A DNA stretch of 64,000 nucleotides from Octopus vulgaris (Eukaryota): assembly GCA_951406725.2 (NCBI GenBank), contig OX597825.1, positions 81,406,001 through 81,470,000 of the forward strand, in the 5' to 3' direction. How positions within the stretch are numbered: the first letter of the stretch is position 1; each line of letters starts with the position of its first letter. Below are positions 1 through 15,212 of this stretch, one piece after another. The notes below the pieces were generated by a model, which was not told where the DNA came from, made no database searches, and was given only the letters and a program-made list of their open reading frames with translations. Made by a program: the position numbers and the translations under genes.

Positions 1-134
1 ACATTGTTTGTTCCTTCTCGAGCCACGCCTGGCTCATAAGGGCCGGTTTCCCGGTTTCCTTGGCGTATAGGTTCCTCAATTGGACGGGACGCTGGTCCGT
101 CGCAGGTGAGCTGCAAGGTGCAGGAGGAAAGAGT
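1..134 (-). mobile_element. SINE family B, 3' part (tail type 4)
   Basis: Reverse complement (actctttcctcctgcaccttgcagctcacctgcgacggacc...ggcccttatgagccaggcgtggctcgagaaggaac) matches the tail of the tRNA-headed copy at 36215-36442. Confidence 0.85.
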
Positions 135-136
135 AA

Positions 137-171
<35 letters not shown>

Positions 172-177
<6 letters not shown>

Positions 178-350
178 ACAACGCGAGGACGTGGAACAAA
201 TATAGTATTATTGGACGCTCAGGAAAGAAGGAAAGAAGGAGGGTGTAATGTTTCGAGCGGAGCTCTTCGTCGGAAGCATAGGAGAAGGAAAGATCCAGAG
301 AAGGGAAGACAGAGGAAAAAAAATCGCCAACGGTACACATGAGGTCACAT
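172..350 (-). mobile_element. Penelope-like pseudo-LTR fragment with degenerate minimal hammerhead
   Basis: Minus strand reads CCGACGA-A-GAGC-TCC-GCTC-GAAAC (plus 250-273), a hammerhead core with U4C; next to (TA)n. Confidence 0.6.
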
Positions 351-389
351 TTTGATATACATCATTATGAGGGTATACACGAAATGAGA

Positions 390-712
390 TAATTCGAAAA
401 GAGAAAAAGAATGAATTCGAGATCGGAACGGAGATAACGATGTGAACGCGGAGTACCAAAGGCACAGGTTCCGCTGGGCCGGACACGTGAGAAGGTTCAC
501 AAACAACAGTTCGACCTGTGTTGTTGCCGAGGGATATCCAAGGGGTTGGAAAAGGCCAACTGGAAGGTCTGCACAACGATGGGAAGACATTTTAGTTAAG
601 CAAATTGGGTCAAGATGAGAAAGAATGGCACAATGAAGACAGAAATAGAAGTGCATTGTGGCCAGCGGTGTATGACAGCATTCAATGGTCTTGTTGATAC
701 ATTGATACAGTG
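390..712 (+). mobile_element. RTE-clade LINE 3' fragment (decayed)
   Basis: Translation RFRWAGHVRRF...YPRGWKRPTGRSAQRWED (RWAGHV at 472-489) is typical of the RTE ORF C-terminus; in-frame stops follow. Confidence 0.85.
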
Positions 713-741
713 ATGTATGTGAATATTTATATATATGTATG

Positions 742-745
742 TCTG

Positions 746-788
<43 letters not shown>

Positions 789-801
789 GTCTGTCTATCT
801 G

Positions 802-858
<57 letters not shown>

Positions 859-859
859 G

Positions 860-942
<83 letters not shown>

Positions 943-961
943 GTCTGTCTGTCTATCTATA
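742..961. repeat. (TCTA)n microsatellite
   Basis: Seen directly; similar GATA/TCTA arrays at about 4600-4720, 15389-15469, 37011-37143, 49446-49586, 58455-58553. Confidence 0.98.
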
Positions 962-1479
962 TCCATCTCAAATGCTTAACACAAATTCACGTTTTAATTG
1001 AATCACATGAAAATGAATTAGACATAATCGAGTTACGATTCAGTGACAATTCCAAAATTTTCTAAGTCGAAGCAGATTCATTTTGGAAGATTTTCACATA
1101 TGAAATTATCCGATTGTCTTATTAACTTTAGTCAAAGTGCAGCAGAGAATTTGATTGGCTGCTAAATCAGTTTGGAGAAATTAGTTTGTTCAATTCAATT
1201 ATTATTTTCTTTAGCTCTTATCACAGACAATTTTCGTACTCTTTTCGTTTACTTCATTGCGTATCTTAACACATCTTCAGTTCTTGGACTCATCAATACA
1301 TCGATACGCTAAAATCTATAAATGCATGTTTGATAAATACATGCAAATATACATGCATACTGACATGTTAAGCTACATGTCTACATACATATGTCCACAC
1401 ATACACACATATCTATACATATATATATATATATATTTATATACATAAGTATATATAAGCACACACAACTACACACACA

Positions 1480-1534
<55 letters not shown>

Positions 1535-1676
1535 ATATGTATATACATACATAAGAGGGCATTGGTGTTTAGTGCCTGAAGATACACCGAAAGGCTAAAC
1601 CCCTTATGAGCGAGAAATCCAGGGTAACCCCATAAAACGGCCTACCCCACTATAAGACACACACATATATATATAC

Positions 1677-1745
<69 letters not shown>

Positions 1746-2144
1746 CCTATATATATATGTATATATATACTTATATACATATGTATATTTTATATATATA
1801 TATAGTTATAAACATATACATATGTGTGTATGTGTGTGTATATTATGTGTGTGTGTATGTATGTGTTCTCTTCTGTTTTTAATTATTTAATTCTTTCCTC
1901 TGAGGAAAGACCCGGTTTCTAACAAAATTTCAACGCTCCATCGATGGAGTAAAATAACGAGGAAAACGTCACATTTGAAAGTTGAGGAAAGTCTTGCATA
2001 TATTTACTGTTCCACTTACAAAATGTATTTGTAATCTACGAGTGAGTTTATGGATTTATGCATATATGTATGTACGTATGTCTGTATGTAGCAATGAAGT
2101 ATCTTCGGTTGTGTAATGTCTATGCCTGTATATATATACATATA

Positions 2145-2320
<176 letters not shown>

Positions 2321-2887
2321 TATATATTTGTATATAAATAATTGTATATATGTGAGTGCGTGTGTGTAAGTGATGTATTTGCATACACATACACATATAT
2401 ACCTACTTACATTCAAAGATATATACACACACATATATACATATATATATATATGTATGTGTGTGTGTGTGTATGTATATGTATGTATGTATAATATATA
2501 TGTGGGTGCGATGACGGTATCCCCAGTAGTAAAGTTATGTCTAAATGTAATTGTAGATTGAATGAAAGCCCCGTTGAAATAAAGAGAATCTGGTCCAAAC
2601 AACCTTCCATAGGTTTGTTCAGGAAATGTCAACTTGTCCACCCTGAATGAATTCTTAAACACTTTTATTTAACACAACAGTATTACATGTATGTGAATGC
2701 GTTCGGGCGCGTGGGTATGTGCATTCGCGTGATTGTGTATGCCTATGTGTGAGTATGTCTATACTTATATATGTATTATTATATTCGTTAGCATACATGT
2801 ATATTTATATGTACATGTATTTATTCATATTGATATATATATATAAACAAATTATATATGGAGTTGTATATACATATATGTGTATCA

Positions 2888-2930
<43 letters not shown>

Positions 2931-3024
2931 TATATGTATATCATACAGATGTAACATAATTATATGTATTTATATATAGAAATGTATGTATATTGTGTAT
3001 ACTTAAATATGTATATATACATAT

Positions 3025-3062
<38 letters not shown>

Positions 3063-3333
3063 CAAGCACTTATATATGTATACATATATAGGTAAGCGTA
3101 CATGGATAATTATAGATGGGCATATAATATCTATATACATATGTATAAATATAAATGAATATACAAACGTGCATGTATATATATATATATATGTATATGT
3201 ATATATATGTATATATATATGTGTATGTATGTATATATATATGTTTGTGTGTGTGTGTGTATATATATATATATGGGCGCAAATCCACTCACGTACATAC
3301 CAACAAACACACTTATCCTTATATATGGATGTG

Positions 3334-3395
<62 letters not shown>

Positions 3396-3850
3396 TATAT
3401 GGAAAGTGAGAGAGATATACATATATAGAGAGAGAGGGAGATATAAATAGATAGATAGAGAGATAGATATGAACGTTTCGTTAGTGCTGTTTGACAATAA
3501 AATTAGTATGTTTAATGTATTTAATTATTAATTAATGTTCAAAGACCAGAGTAGCTATTACTTAATGCTGTGTGCAGACCGGCTTTCAGAAGATGGCATT
3601 TCAAATTTAGTTTTTTTATTTACCTCTCTCACACTGTTTCTATTTCCTCCCCCCCACTCTCTCTCACTCTTTCTCTCTCTTTCTCACGTTATACACACAT
3701 ATATAAATATACACATTTTTGTCTCGTATTGTTTCGATACAAAAAATAAAACAAAAAAACTTTAGATGCCATTTATAAAGACGATTGATGAGTGCGAATT
3801 TTAAGTACTATCAACTTTGACATTCAACTTCAATAATAATAATAATAAAA

Positions 3851-3894
<44 letters not shown>

Positions 3895-4075
3895 ATAATA
3901 ATAATAATAATAATAAAATTAATGATAATAATGATGATAATAATAATAATAAAAAGAAGAAGAACGGGAAGAATGCATGTAAATATACACACATATACAG
4001 TATATGCATATATAAATATATATATGTATATACGCATGCATATATATATATGAATGGATATATATATATATACAT

Positions 4076-4106
<31 letters not shown>

Positions 4107-4115
4107 CATATATAC

Positions 4116-4148
<33 letters not shown>

Positions 4149-4237
4149 ATTATATATATATATACACATACATATATGCATATATATAGATATATATATA
4201 TAATTTTATATATATATATACATACATATATGCATGC

Positions 4238-4316
<79 letters not shown>

Positions 4317-4599
4317 ATATATGTATGCTGTTCCCGGTTGAAATGCAATGCTTATTTTTATATCATAATAAATAGAGGAATGCTAATATGAAATCCTTTT
4401 CCACAAATAAACCTTATTTCTTTCTTGTCATTTGTATATGTAAAACAACAGAATGCTTTATTTCCGTTATATCCGGTTGTGTCTACCCGGTATCTGCCTT
4501 CATTTATATGCTTTTGATTTAAAACTTTCCTGCAATGCCTTAAGTAACAGGCGTTTCCCGGAATGATTGAGCACCCGTGTGCGTATATTTATTTGCCTG

Positions 4600-4683
<84 letters not shown>

Positions 4684-4684
4684 C

Positions 4685-4757
<73 letters not shown>

Positions 4758-4887
4758 CATATATATATACATATATAAACATATATATACATATACATAC
4801 GTATATAAATATCTATATATATATATATATATATATTCATATATATATATATTCCAATATATATATATAAATATATAAAAAGAATAC

Positions 4888-4919
<32 letters not shown>

Positions 4920-4933
4920 GTATATGTATATGT

Positions 4934-5002
<69 letters not shown>

Positions 5003-5223
5003 CATACGTACGCACACGTAAACATGCATACATAGATGCATGGACATACAGACGCAAACATGCATGTGTGTTTGTGTATACACGTATGTACGTATGTATG
5101 TATGTATGTATATATATATATTCGCATAAATAAAAAGTTAAAGATTTATGTATATATGCATATACATTTTTATAGATATACAGATGTGTTTACTTTATGT
5201 AATTGAGTGAAAAATAAACAGAA

Positions 5224-5275
<52 letters not shown>

Positions 5276-5719
5276 TTCACATCGACATTCACACACATTC
5301 ACATGTAGACACACAACATTTCCATTCATAGAAGTGTAGAAGGGCTTTTGACGTGTTCCCCCCTCCTTCAGCTCTTGTAAGCGGGGCGTGGATTTCGGAG
5401 GAAGCAAAGAGCAAGGAACTGCCTTGAAATGGTGCAGCTGCTTCGTAGCTTATTTGGAGATGATGAAAGAACGAATGATGAAGGAAGAATAACAATGAAG
5501 GAAGATGAAGGAAGACGGTGCGAGAGAAGGAAAGATAGAAGGGAATGATGGAGGGAATGAAAAAAGTGAAGGTTGAAAAAAAAAAGCGAAATAGGGGGAC
5601 GTTTGTAATGCGGCTGAGGGCAGAGTGATAGACAAGTAGATAGTTAGATAATGAGATTGATAGATGTACAGGCAGACAGATAGATAAATAAACAGATAGA
5701 CAGATAGAGAGATGGAAAG

Positions 5720-5759
<40 letters not shown>

Positions 5760-5778
5760 GGGTGGTACATGGTTTTTA

Positions 5779-5845
<67 letters not shown>

Positions 5846-6105
5846 AGCAGAGTTTGAGCGATAGATAGCTACTTCGTGTGTAGATAGAAATATAGATAGA
5901 TAGGCAGGTAGACATGTAGGCAGGTAGGTAGGTAGATAGATAGATGGATAGATAGATAGATGGATAGATAGATAGGTAGATAGATAGAAAGAAAAATAAC
6001 TGAATAAGTATAGACTATGAAAGTTCGAGAAGTAGTTAGAAAGCGAAATAGACAGATGCATACATGTCTAGTTTACAAGCTAAATGAATTTATGTGCGTG
6101 TGTGT

Positions 6106-6200
<95 letters not shown>

Positions 6201-6792
6201 TGTGTGTGTGAGTGTGTGTGTGTGTGTGTATAGATAGATAGATAGATAGATAGACAGGTAAAGAGATCATTAAATAAGTAGGCAAGTAGATGCCTACATA
6301 AATAGATGGCTAATAAAAGCGAGAGACGGAAAAGAGAAGCCAAAAGAGAAAAATTACTGTGGGCCTTAATAGTAGTAGTAGCAGCAGCAGTAGCAGTATT
6401 AGTGGTAGTAGTAGTAGTAGTCTTTATACATGCATTTTTGGTCATCGTCTTCGACCCCGCCCCCGCTCCCGATCATGTGGTCAGCTCCATTGGCAGGTAA
6501 GTAATTCGGTTTCTGAAACTGGGCGCGCGATGTACAGATCGCGACAATCTGGTTGGTTGATATGTCGTGTGCCTGATGATGGTGGCGTTGGTGGTGGCGA
6601 AGGTGGTGGTGGTGGTGGTGGTGGTGGTGGTTGGTGAATGGGGGTGGAGGTGGTGGTGGTGGGCTTTCTTTAACCAAACCACGAACCGCCTTTTATGAGT
6701 GAAGATGTGGTTGCGCGCGCATACATACTGCCATGCATAAGCAAACATGCGCATATGTGCATGCAGACACATACATACGATATATGTGAGTG

Positions 6793-6824
<32 letters not shown>

Positions 6825-6864
6825 TGTATGTATGTATGTATGCATGCATATACGTACATACAAG

Positions 6865-6902
<38 letters not shown>

Positions 6903-6903
6903 A

Positions 6904-6954
<51 letters not shown>

Positions 6955-7043
6955 TATACTTACGTGCCAAAGGACAACTGTTTGTAATATATGTCTGTTC
7001 ATATATATATGCATGTATATATATATATATATATATATGTATA

Positions 7044-7159
<116 letters not shown>

Positions 7160-7211
7160 TGTGTAGGTATGTATGTATATATACGCACAGAAACAGAATC
7201 ATTAGGGAAAT

Positions 7212-7212
<1 letters not shown>

Positions 7213-7281
<69 letters not shown>

Positions 7282-7452
7282 TGAATAGAAATCGAGAAAG
7301 ACAAAACGAAAGAGAAAAAGATCGGATGATATAAGAGGGGAAAGAAAGAACGAAAGAAAGAAAGAAAGAAAGAAGAAGAAGAAGAAGAAGAAGAAGAAGA
7401 AGAAGAAGAAGAAGAAGAAGAAGAAGAAGAAGAAGAAGAAGAAGAAGAAGAA
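7213..7452. repeat. (GA)n and (GAA)n polypurine microsatellites
   Basis: (GA)n 7213-7278 and (GAA)n about 7370-7452. Confidence 0.97.
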
Positions 7453-8187
7453 ATTGGCAAAAGAAAGCTGTTAAAAGGCGCTATGATATCAAGTTATCGT
7501 TATCGATTATCTGCAGTGTAGAGACTGGCATATGAGCTGTGTTAGTGGCAATATTTCTACATATGTATATTAATAGGTATGTTGTCATGTTCGTGTCTTG
7601 AATACTGACTTGTTGGCAGAGAGAATGAGCAAAAGAGAAAGGAAGAGATACGAAAGAAGAGAGAGAGAGAGAGAGAGAGTAAGTGCGTGTCTGTGATGAA
7701 GACATAGCGTTATATATTCAAGCATTAACGCTAGCACGGTCACAAAAATAACGAAGTACTTTAGCGTTTTAGACCATCACAAACCATCACTTTTCTCATA
7801 TAATCACAGCCATTGTTTGTGTGAATTCTTGTATGGTACCCCTCCCGCTTCTCCGATTCCTGATGGGCCGCTATGTATCGTACTCTTTCCCCGTTAACAT
7901 GGCCACCCGCATTGAGTTCCTTTCCCATCTTGCGAGCTCTGGGAAGAAGACCGTTCGCTCAACAGCAACAGCAGCAATTCCAAAGCAAATATTGATGATA
8001 TTTTAAAAAAGCTAAACACCAGTTTCACAAATCTCACCAACCTTTTTTGCTGCTTAGTTTGAGATTCGGATATGTGTGCACCGGGTGTGATAAAACTATC
8101 TTATTGCTAATGTCGCCTTCTTTGATAACTTTTGGAGATATAAATATGTCGGTTGTCTTTATTTTTTGTGTATTCATTATATTGTAT

Positions 8188-8607
8188 TGAACAAAACGGT
8201 TATTCGGCCTGCACTCATTGTTCTCTCAGTTATCTGGCTCGCCTTGAAACATAGTTTCGTGATCCCTTGCTCTACATCATTGGTTCTCAACCGGGAGCCA
8301 TATGAACCCTAGGGGTCGATATGCCATCTTGAACAAAATGGTTATTCATCCCGCGCTCGCCATTCTCTCACTTCTCTAGCCCGCCGTGCGAAAAAGTTTG
8401 GCGACCCTTGCTCTACATCATTGCTTCTCAACCGGGGTCGATATGAGCCCTTGGGGTCCATACGCTAGCTGGAGATTCATACAATGGATTAGTTATACTT
8501 CTAAAATACAGAAAATATTTTAACAACTTTTTTTTATATACCATTCTTAATAAGAATCAAAGGGGTTCCCATGTAAAAAAAAAGGGCCGAGAGATCCTAC
8601 TCTACAT
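8188..8607. mobile_element. Tandem hAT/Charlie-like MITE units separated by CTCTACAT
   Basis: CATTG(G/C)TTCTCAACC left ends at 8278 and 8419; identical 8-mer CTCTACAT at 8270-8277, 8411-8418 and 8600-8607; about 141-bp direct duplication. Confidence 0.7.
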
Positions 8608-9394
8608 ACTACTAACTTCACTGAGTCAAAAGAAGGCTTTTATTCAAACTTTGTTCTGCTTGGGGTCTATGATTTCTCTATTTTTATCTGAGATAAAATA
8701 TTGTAGAAAATAATTGAATATAATATCGTTCATGAAGAATAAAAACAATAATAATAAGGTATGTTACAAATACATACACACACACACATACATACGAACA
8801 TACTTGCGTATACACCGACACAGATGCGCACGCATGCACGTACACATGACAGTGTTAAAAAAACCCTTCCGTAGTTTTTGGCTTTAAGAAGGTCCCTCAT
8901 AATGGTCGGTACCGTTGCTCGTAGGATTCTTCGCATATCTGCCTCCTTAAATGTCTTTATTCGCTAAGGTCCCCTACTCTCCCATTCGTAAGCGGCCAAT
9001 TTCATAAAAAAACACGAAATTCACGTGTGCGAAATAAATTTAATTAACTGTTATAACTTTAATTATCTGTTTTTACTGTTATTGTCCATGTGGTTCTTGT
9101 TATTGTTGTTGTTGTTGTCGTTGTTGTTGTCAACCTGTCAGTTAATCAGCAGCGGGCAATAGTGTTTTGCCCCTTCCTAAGTACTCTCATTTTTTTCTTT
9201 CACAGAGGCACACGATGCTCTCCATAGTTTCTCCTGCAAGATGTTGGCACCACGATTCTGCGGCGAATGCAACTACAAGGATGGGCCAGGGCCAATTCCA
9301 AGATGAAGAATTTAAGAGCATGGACCGCAAGCACTTCAAATGAAGAACGTATACACGTATACATTTAAACATATATATATATATTTATATACAC

Positions 9395-9482
<88 letters not shown>

Positions 9483-9825
9483 ACATATACATATATGTAT
9501 ATATATGTACATATATATTTATATATATGCATACATATTCACGACACGAACACACACACAAATAATTTTCAGGCAAATATGGACCTAATGCTAAAAAAGA
9601 GGCATATATATGTAAATATTCATATGCATATACATATAACTATGTACATCTGTCAGTATATGTATATGTATATATACACACACATATATACATACATATA
9701 TACATACATATATATATATATACATACATATACATATATACATATTCATGCACATACATAGACTCAAATTTGGAGAGCGATACATACATATAATATATAT
9801 GCATACATACGCATGCATATGTTTA

Positions 9826-9874
<49 letters not shown>

Positions 9875-10025
9875 ATAATATTATATATATATGTATATAT
9901 ATATGTAATCACTTTAAACTTAAGTTGTGAATAGTCACAGAAATAAGGTGTATTTATTAAAACATTTCAATATTTTAACTTTGTATAGAGTATTCATATA
10001 CATACATATTATATGTATATATACG

Positions 10026-10109
<84 letters not shown>

Positions 10110-10696
10110 TGTATGTATGTATGTGTGAATGTATATATACGCATACAATACATAATATTCACATTTACAGGTTTATTGGAAGAGAAATCCATCTGTAATT
10201 TTTTCCTTCAGGTTTCTGTTCTTGAAGACAATTCTATTCTGTTTATTCTGAGACATTTGAAATCGATAAATCAAACCCTAATCAAACTCTGGTTACACGT
10301 GGCAATTTCATTTTTTTTTTTTGCCAACGATGAGAAAAAGAAAAACTAAAAAAAAAAAATGAAAACGCGAAAAATGACAGAATCACAAATATTCATTCTG
10401 TCATTGTTTAATGGTTATTTTGCAGCAGAAGAAGAAGAAAAAAAAATGACTGCAAACAGAACAAAAAATATAATACATATATAAAAATGAAGAAAAATAA
10501 AAGCATAACACAACAGGACAAGAATATATGAAATAACAAAAATAAGACAATGAAAAACTACAAGTAAACAATGAAAAAAACATTCAAGGAGAAGAATTCT
10601 GTAAATAAACCGATATATTCTTGTTATTAAAACTTTCTGTTTCGTACAAAAGGGGAAATATACATGACGCACTATGGAAGATATATATATATCGCA

Positions 10697-10756
<60 letters not shown>

Positions 10757-11133
10757 CGCATGATGTAATACAGGAAATGTGACTAACTATGTCAATAGTA
10801 TTAATATATAATGATGCAAAGAAAAGAAAGAAAAATGCCGCTGCGAAACCTACGGTAACATAATGCCCAGTTATATAATTATATATATATCTGTATATAT
10901 ATATGCAAGATAAGAGACTTGCTCAAGGCAGTTTAAAGAGACCAACGCTTTTTTTTGTTTTTGTTTCTGTTTTCATGAAATATAAACACGAAAACTGCCA
11001 CAAATATACTTCTAAATATACATGCGAACATAATTGCACACACACACACACACGCACACACGCACACATATCCAACTACAGTTACACGTCCACACACACA
11101 TACACATAAACAGTAATACTCATTTGTGTGTGC

Positions 11134-11172
<39 letters not shown>

Positions 11173-11829
11173 CACCACACAGAAATGTAGAGAGTCATGT
11201 GATGGTATGCGTGTGTGTGTATATTTGCGTGTGTATGTGTGTAAATGAACAGATACAGGAAAAGTCACCTGCATGAACATACACACACAACAGACATATA
11301 CATCTGTACACAACTAAATGTATATATACAATGAGTATTTATATACACAAACGTATTCGTTTACATACATCCATTCTCTGTGAAACTGCAACGGAAGTGA
11401 CTATAAGTTAAACGGAAACGGAAATATATTTGATTGAACAGAAAGAAAAAAGAATGTAATTATTTAAAAAAAACTCAAACCCTCAAATGTCCTTCATTTT
11501 CATTTTGTTTTTCGTAGGGGTTTTGTGAAAAAGTAAGCCCTTAAGTCCCCAAATTGATTTTTGAAGTTAATCTTGTTGTGTGTCTAAGGTAGATGTGTGC
11601 TGGAACGGTGTGTGGCCAGCGAAATCCCGCTCAATAAAAGAATACAAACATTTGATTTTACCGTTTCTGTAGACGGAGCTGTTCAATGAACTGAAACGCC
11701 GAATGCTATGTCTTTGGGTTTTTTTTTTAAATCTTTATTCCGCTCCCATTTAAAGCTCATTGTCTGGCAAATATTTTCTCCATTTTAAAACTTCTTCAAT
11801 ATACATACATACATATACACATATATATT

Positions 11830-11879
<50 letters not shown>

Positions 11880-11973
11880 TATATATATATATTTGGTTAT
11901 ATATGTATATATATACATACACACATATACATAATATATATATATATATACATACATATATATATATAAATAT

Positions 11974-12004
<31 letters not shown>

Positions 12005-12060
12005 TATGTTGAGACACAGCTACACATATAGGAATATGTATGTATACATATGTGTATCTT

Positions 12061-12105
<45 letters not shown>

Positions 12106-12479
12106 TGTGTGCATATGTATATATATATATATATGTTTATACATATATATGTATGCATATATGTATATATATGTATGTATGTATATGTGTGTGTATATTT
12201 GCATGCGTATGGGTGTGTATATACATACGTACATATATGAAATGATATAAGGAATCTTCTATGTCGTTTTTATCAAATTCAGTGTGAATAAATTAAGTTG
12301 AACAATTTCGTCGCGGTTGTTGTTGTTGTTGTTGTTGTTATCGCTGTTGTTTTTTTACTTTTGATACTGTTGTTGTTGCTGTTGCTGTTGTCCATATACT
12401 TCTTTTCTTTTCTTTTTTTTTATATCCTCACTGGACACGGTAAAGGAATAATTCTTATGTCTCTTGTCTTTTGAGTTTT

Positions 12480-12605
12480 AAATACCGACGTGGTCGACTT
12501 TGCAGTTCATCTAGTCAACAGCGATAAAAACAAAGTACCGTTCATGTATTGAGGTCGATCTAATCGATTAGGCCCCTGCCCCAAAATTTCAGGTTTTGTG
12601 CCTAT
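12480..12605 (+). mobile_element. SINE family C fragment
   Basis: ggtcgactttgc...gataaaaacaaagtacc...ggtcgatctaatcga...ccccaaaatttcagg..ttgtgcct, as in 38484-38872. Confidence 0.75.
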
Positions 12606-12617
12606 AATAATAATAAC

Positions 12618-12703
<86 letters not shown>

Positions 12704-12805
12704 TAATACTAATAATAATAATATTAATAAGGAGGAGGAGGAGGAGTAGGAGTAGGAGAAAAAGAATCATCATTATCATCATCATCATCGTTATTATTAT
12801 TATTA

Positions 12806-12891
<86 letters not shown>
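12603..12891. repeat. (AAT)n and (ATT)n arrays in inverted orientation
   Basis: AAT run 12603-12730, ATT run 12791-12891. Confidence 0.95.
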
Positions 12892-12894
<3 letters not shown>

Positions 12895-13356
12895 GTTTTG
12901 TTTCAGTTTTGCTTCTATTTCTTGCCGAGTGTCTTCCCGATACCTTCAGCAAAGAAACTCACTATAAACATTGATAAGCCATTAAACTAACCACGACTGA
13001 TTGTCCATTTTCCAAAGAAAATGAAGTTACGTGAAAAAAAAAAGGAGAAATACAAGGGTGGTACTCGACAACGCTCTTCTGTATATGTGACATACCAGTC
13101 AAAACAATCTTTTCCATTTCTTACAGGAATGGTAAATCAGGGATTTTTCTCAAATAATTTCCAGATACTGTTTTAATCGCCACATTTTCTCAATTCGAAT
13201 GAGTAAATCTTTATATTTTGTAGGTTTGCGAAATTCTTTTATTCACAGATATTATTATCACAAGGAATGCTCATGTCGATCAATAAACAAACTCAATAGT
13301 TTTGATCTTTAATAACAATGTCCGATTTATTAACTTTGATAGTTCAGTCTACATGT

Positions 13357-13760
13357 AATGTCTTTCTTTATTAGCCACACAGGGCTGCACACAGACGGAA
13401 CAGATTACAAAGAAGAGCTTTTCTTTTGGGGAAGAAAAAGAAAGTGGGGTAGGTTTTCGATCAAAAGGATCGTAAAAGGGAAAGAAAAAGAAGGGAAAGA
13501 AAAAAGGAAAAGAAGAAAAGAAAAAGGAAAAAAACGATCATGATGTAAAGTGTAAAGGGGGAAGCAGATAAGGCTTATCCGTGGAAAGAAAAACCTACGG
13601 AAAAGACCACAGTAACCTCGGTCAATAATGTTACATGTTACCACATTCATTTGCAAGTAGGTAACCCTCTGTTTTAAACTTTCCCGGGTTCATAGGATTA
13701 TGCTCAAGGTGGCTTCGTCATTCATACGTGCCATCCTTGCTACATTTACCTATCACAAGC
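13357..13760 (-). mobile_element. Tx1/L1-like LINE 3' end (ORF2 C-terminus plus 3' UTR)
   Basis: Minus strand VNVARMARMNDEATLSIIL* parallels VKVAKMARVDGTSLSVGL* of the element at 44066-44830; UTR ends ...cagccctgtgtggctaataaagaaag; second copy of the end at 49836-49905. Confidence 0.7.
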
Positions 13761-13877
13761 AGTTGTTATATTTTCTCGCTCAGATACAGCCTCAGAGCAG
13801 TGATTATATCACTTGTCGGCAGTTATTATTAATATTATTATTATAATTGTTATTATTGTCTTTGCTTCTATCACTGG

Positions 13878-14130
13878 AGATGTACTACGGTGTCAGCTGT
13901 TCACTACCAGTGAACAAAGGTAACACCTCTAATTTTCCGAGCACCATCCAGAATATTCGACCGGTTCAAAGGAACGCTGTTTTCTGCAAGTGCTTCACCC
14001 TTATTGCAACCCCCCCTATTTGTTCCATATACTTCTGAAAATGTTTACTCACTGTTCCCAGGGATCCGACAATTATTGGTACTACCTCCACCTTTTTCAT
14101 CGACTACAACTCCTTAACCTCCCAAGCAAA
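13878..14130 (-). mobile_element. R4/Dong-like LINE 3' fragment
   Basis: Minus strand KKVEVVPIIVGSLGTVSK...LQKTA, the C-terminus of the restriction-like endonuclease; flanked by AAT repeats. Confidence 0.8.
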
Positions 14131-14146
14131 CATGTCATATCTATCG

Positions 14147-14480
<334 letters not shown>

Positions 14481-14482
<2 letters not shown>

Positions 14483-14830
14483 ATGTACTACAGTGTCAGC
14501 TGTTCACTACAAGTAAACGAAGGTAACATCTCTTATTTTTCGAGCACCTTCCGGAGTATTCGAGCGGTTCCAAGCAGTGCTCTTTTCTTCAAGTGTTCCA
14601 CGTACTTCTCGAGATTTTTGCTCACTGTTCCCAGGGCTCCGACAATTATTGGTACTACTACTACTTTCTTCATCGACCGCAACTGCTTAACCTACCATCT
14701 GACCCTTCGTATCTATCGACTTTTCTTTCTTCATTATCGCATACCTTGTGGCAGCTGGGCATGCTATATCTTTGATCCAGCGTAGTTTGTTTCCTTTCTC
14801 AATTAAGACTATGTCTGACTTCTTATATCT
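14481..14830 (-). mobile_element. R4/Dong-like LINE 3' fragment (second copy)
   Basis: KSDIVLIEK...IKDIACP endonuclease motif and VVVVPIIVGALGTVSK; homologous to 13878-14130. Confidence 0.82.
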
Positions 14831-14835
14831 CATGG

Positions 14836-15158
14836 TCGATCCCCAGACCGGGCGTTGTGAGTGTTTATTGACCGGAAACACCTAAATCTCCACGAGGCTT
14901 CGGCTGGGGATAGTGGCGAACCCTGCTGTAGTCTTTCCCCACAATTTTCTCTCCTTCTATCTCCCTGTTTCTGTTGTACCTGTATTCCAAAGGGTCAGCC
15001 TTGCCACACTCTGTGTCACGCTGAATCTTCCCAAGAACTATGTTAAGGGTACACATGTCTGTGGAATACTGAGCCACTTGCACATTAATTTCACGAGCAG
15101 GCTGTTCCGTTGATAGGATCAACTGGAACCCTCGTCGTCGTAAGCGACGGGGTGCCAC
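14836..15158 (+). mobile_element. SINE family B, 5'-truncated (tail type 1)
   Basis: B-box remnant tcgatccccagaccgggcg and shared body; tail ends in hairpin ccctcgtcg-tcgtaag-cgacgggg. Confidence 0.85.
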
Positions 15159-15212
15159 GTATATATATATATATATATACACCACTATATAAGATAAATT
15201 TTAATTTTCTTA

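Noticed and set aside
1565-1600. CTGAAGA...GAAA hammerhead-like spacing
   Set aside because: Only 6 nt between the motifs, no stem II and no NUH site
6306-6500. ORF resembling a single-pass membrane peptide
   Set aside because: Hydrophobic run is a GTA/GCA microsatellite
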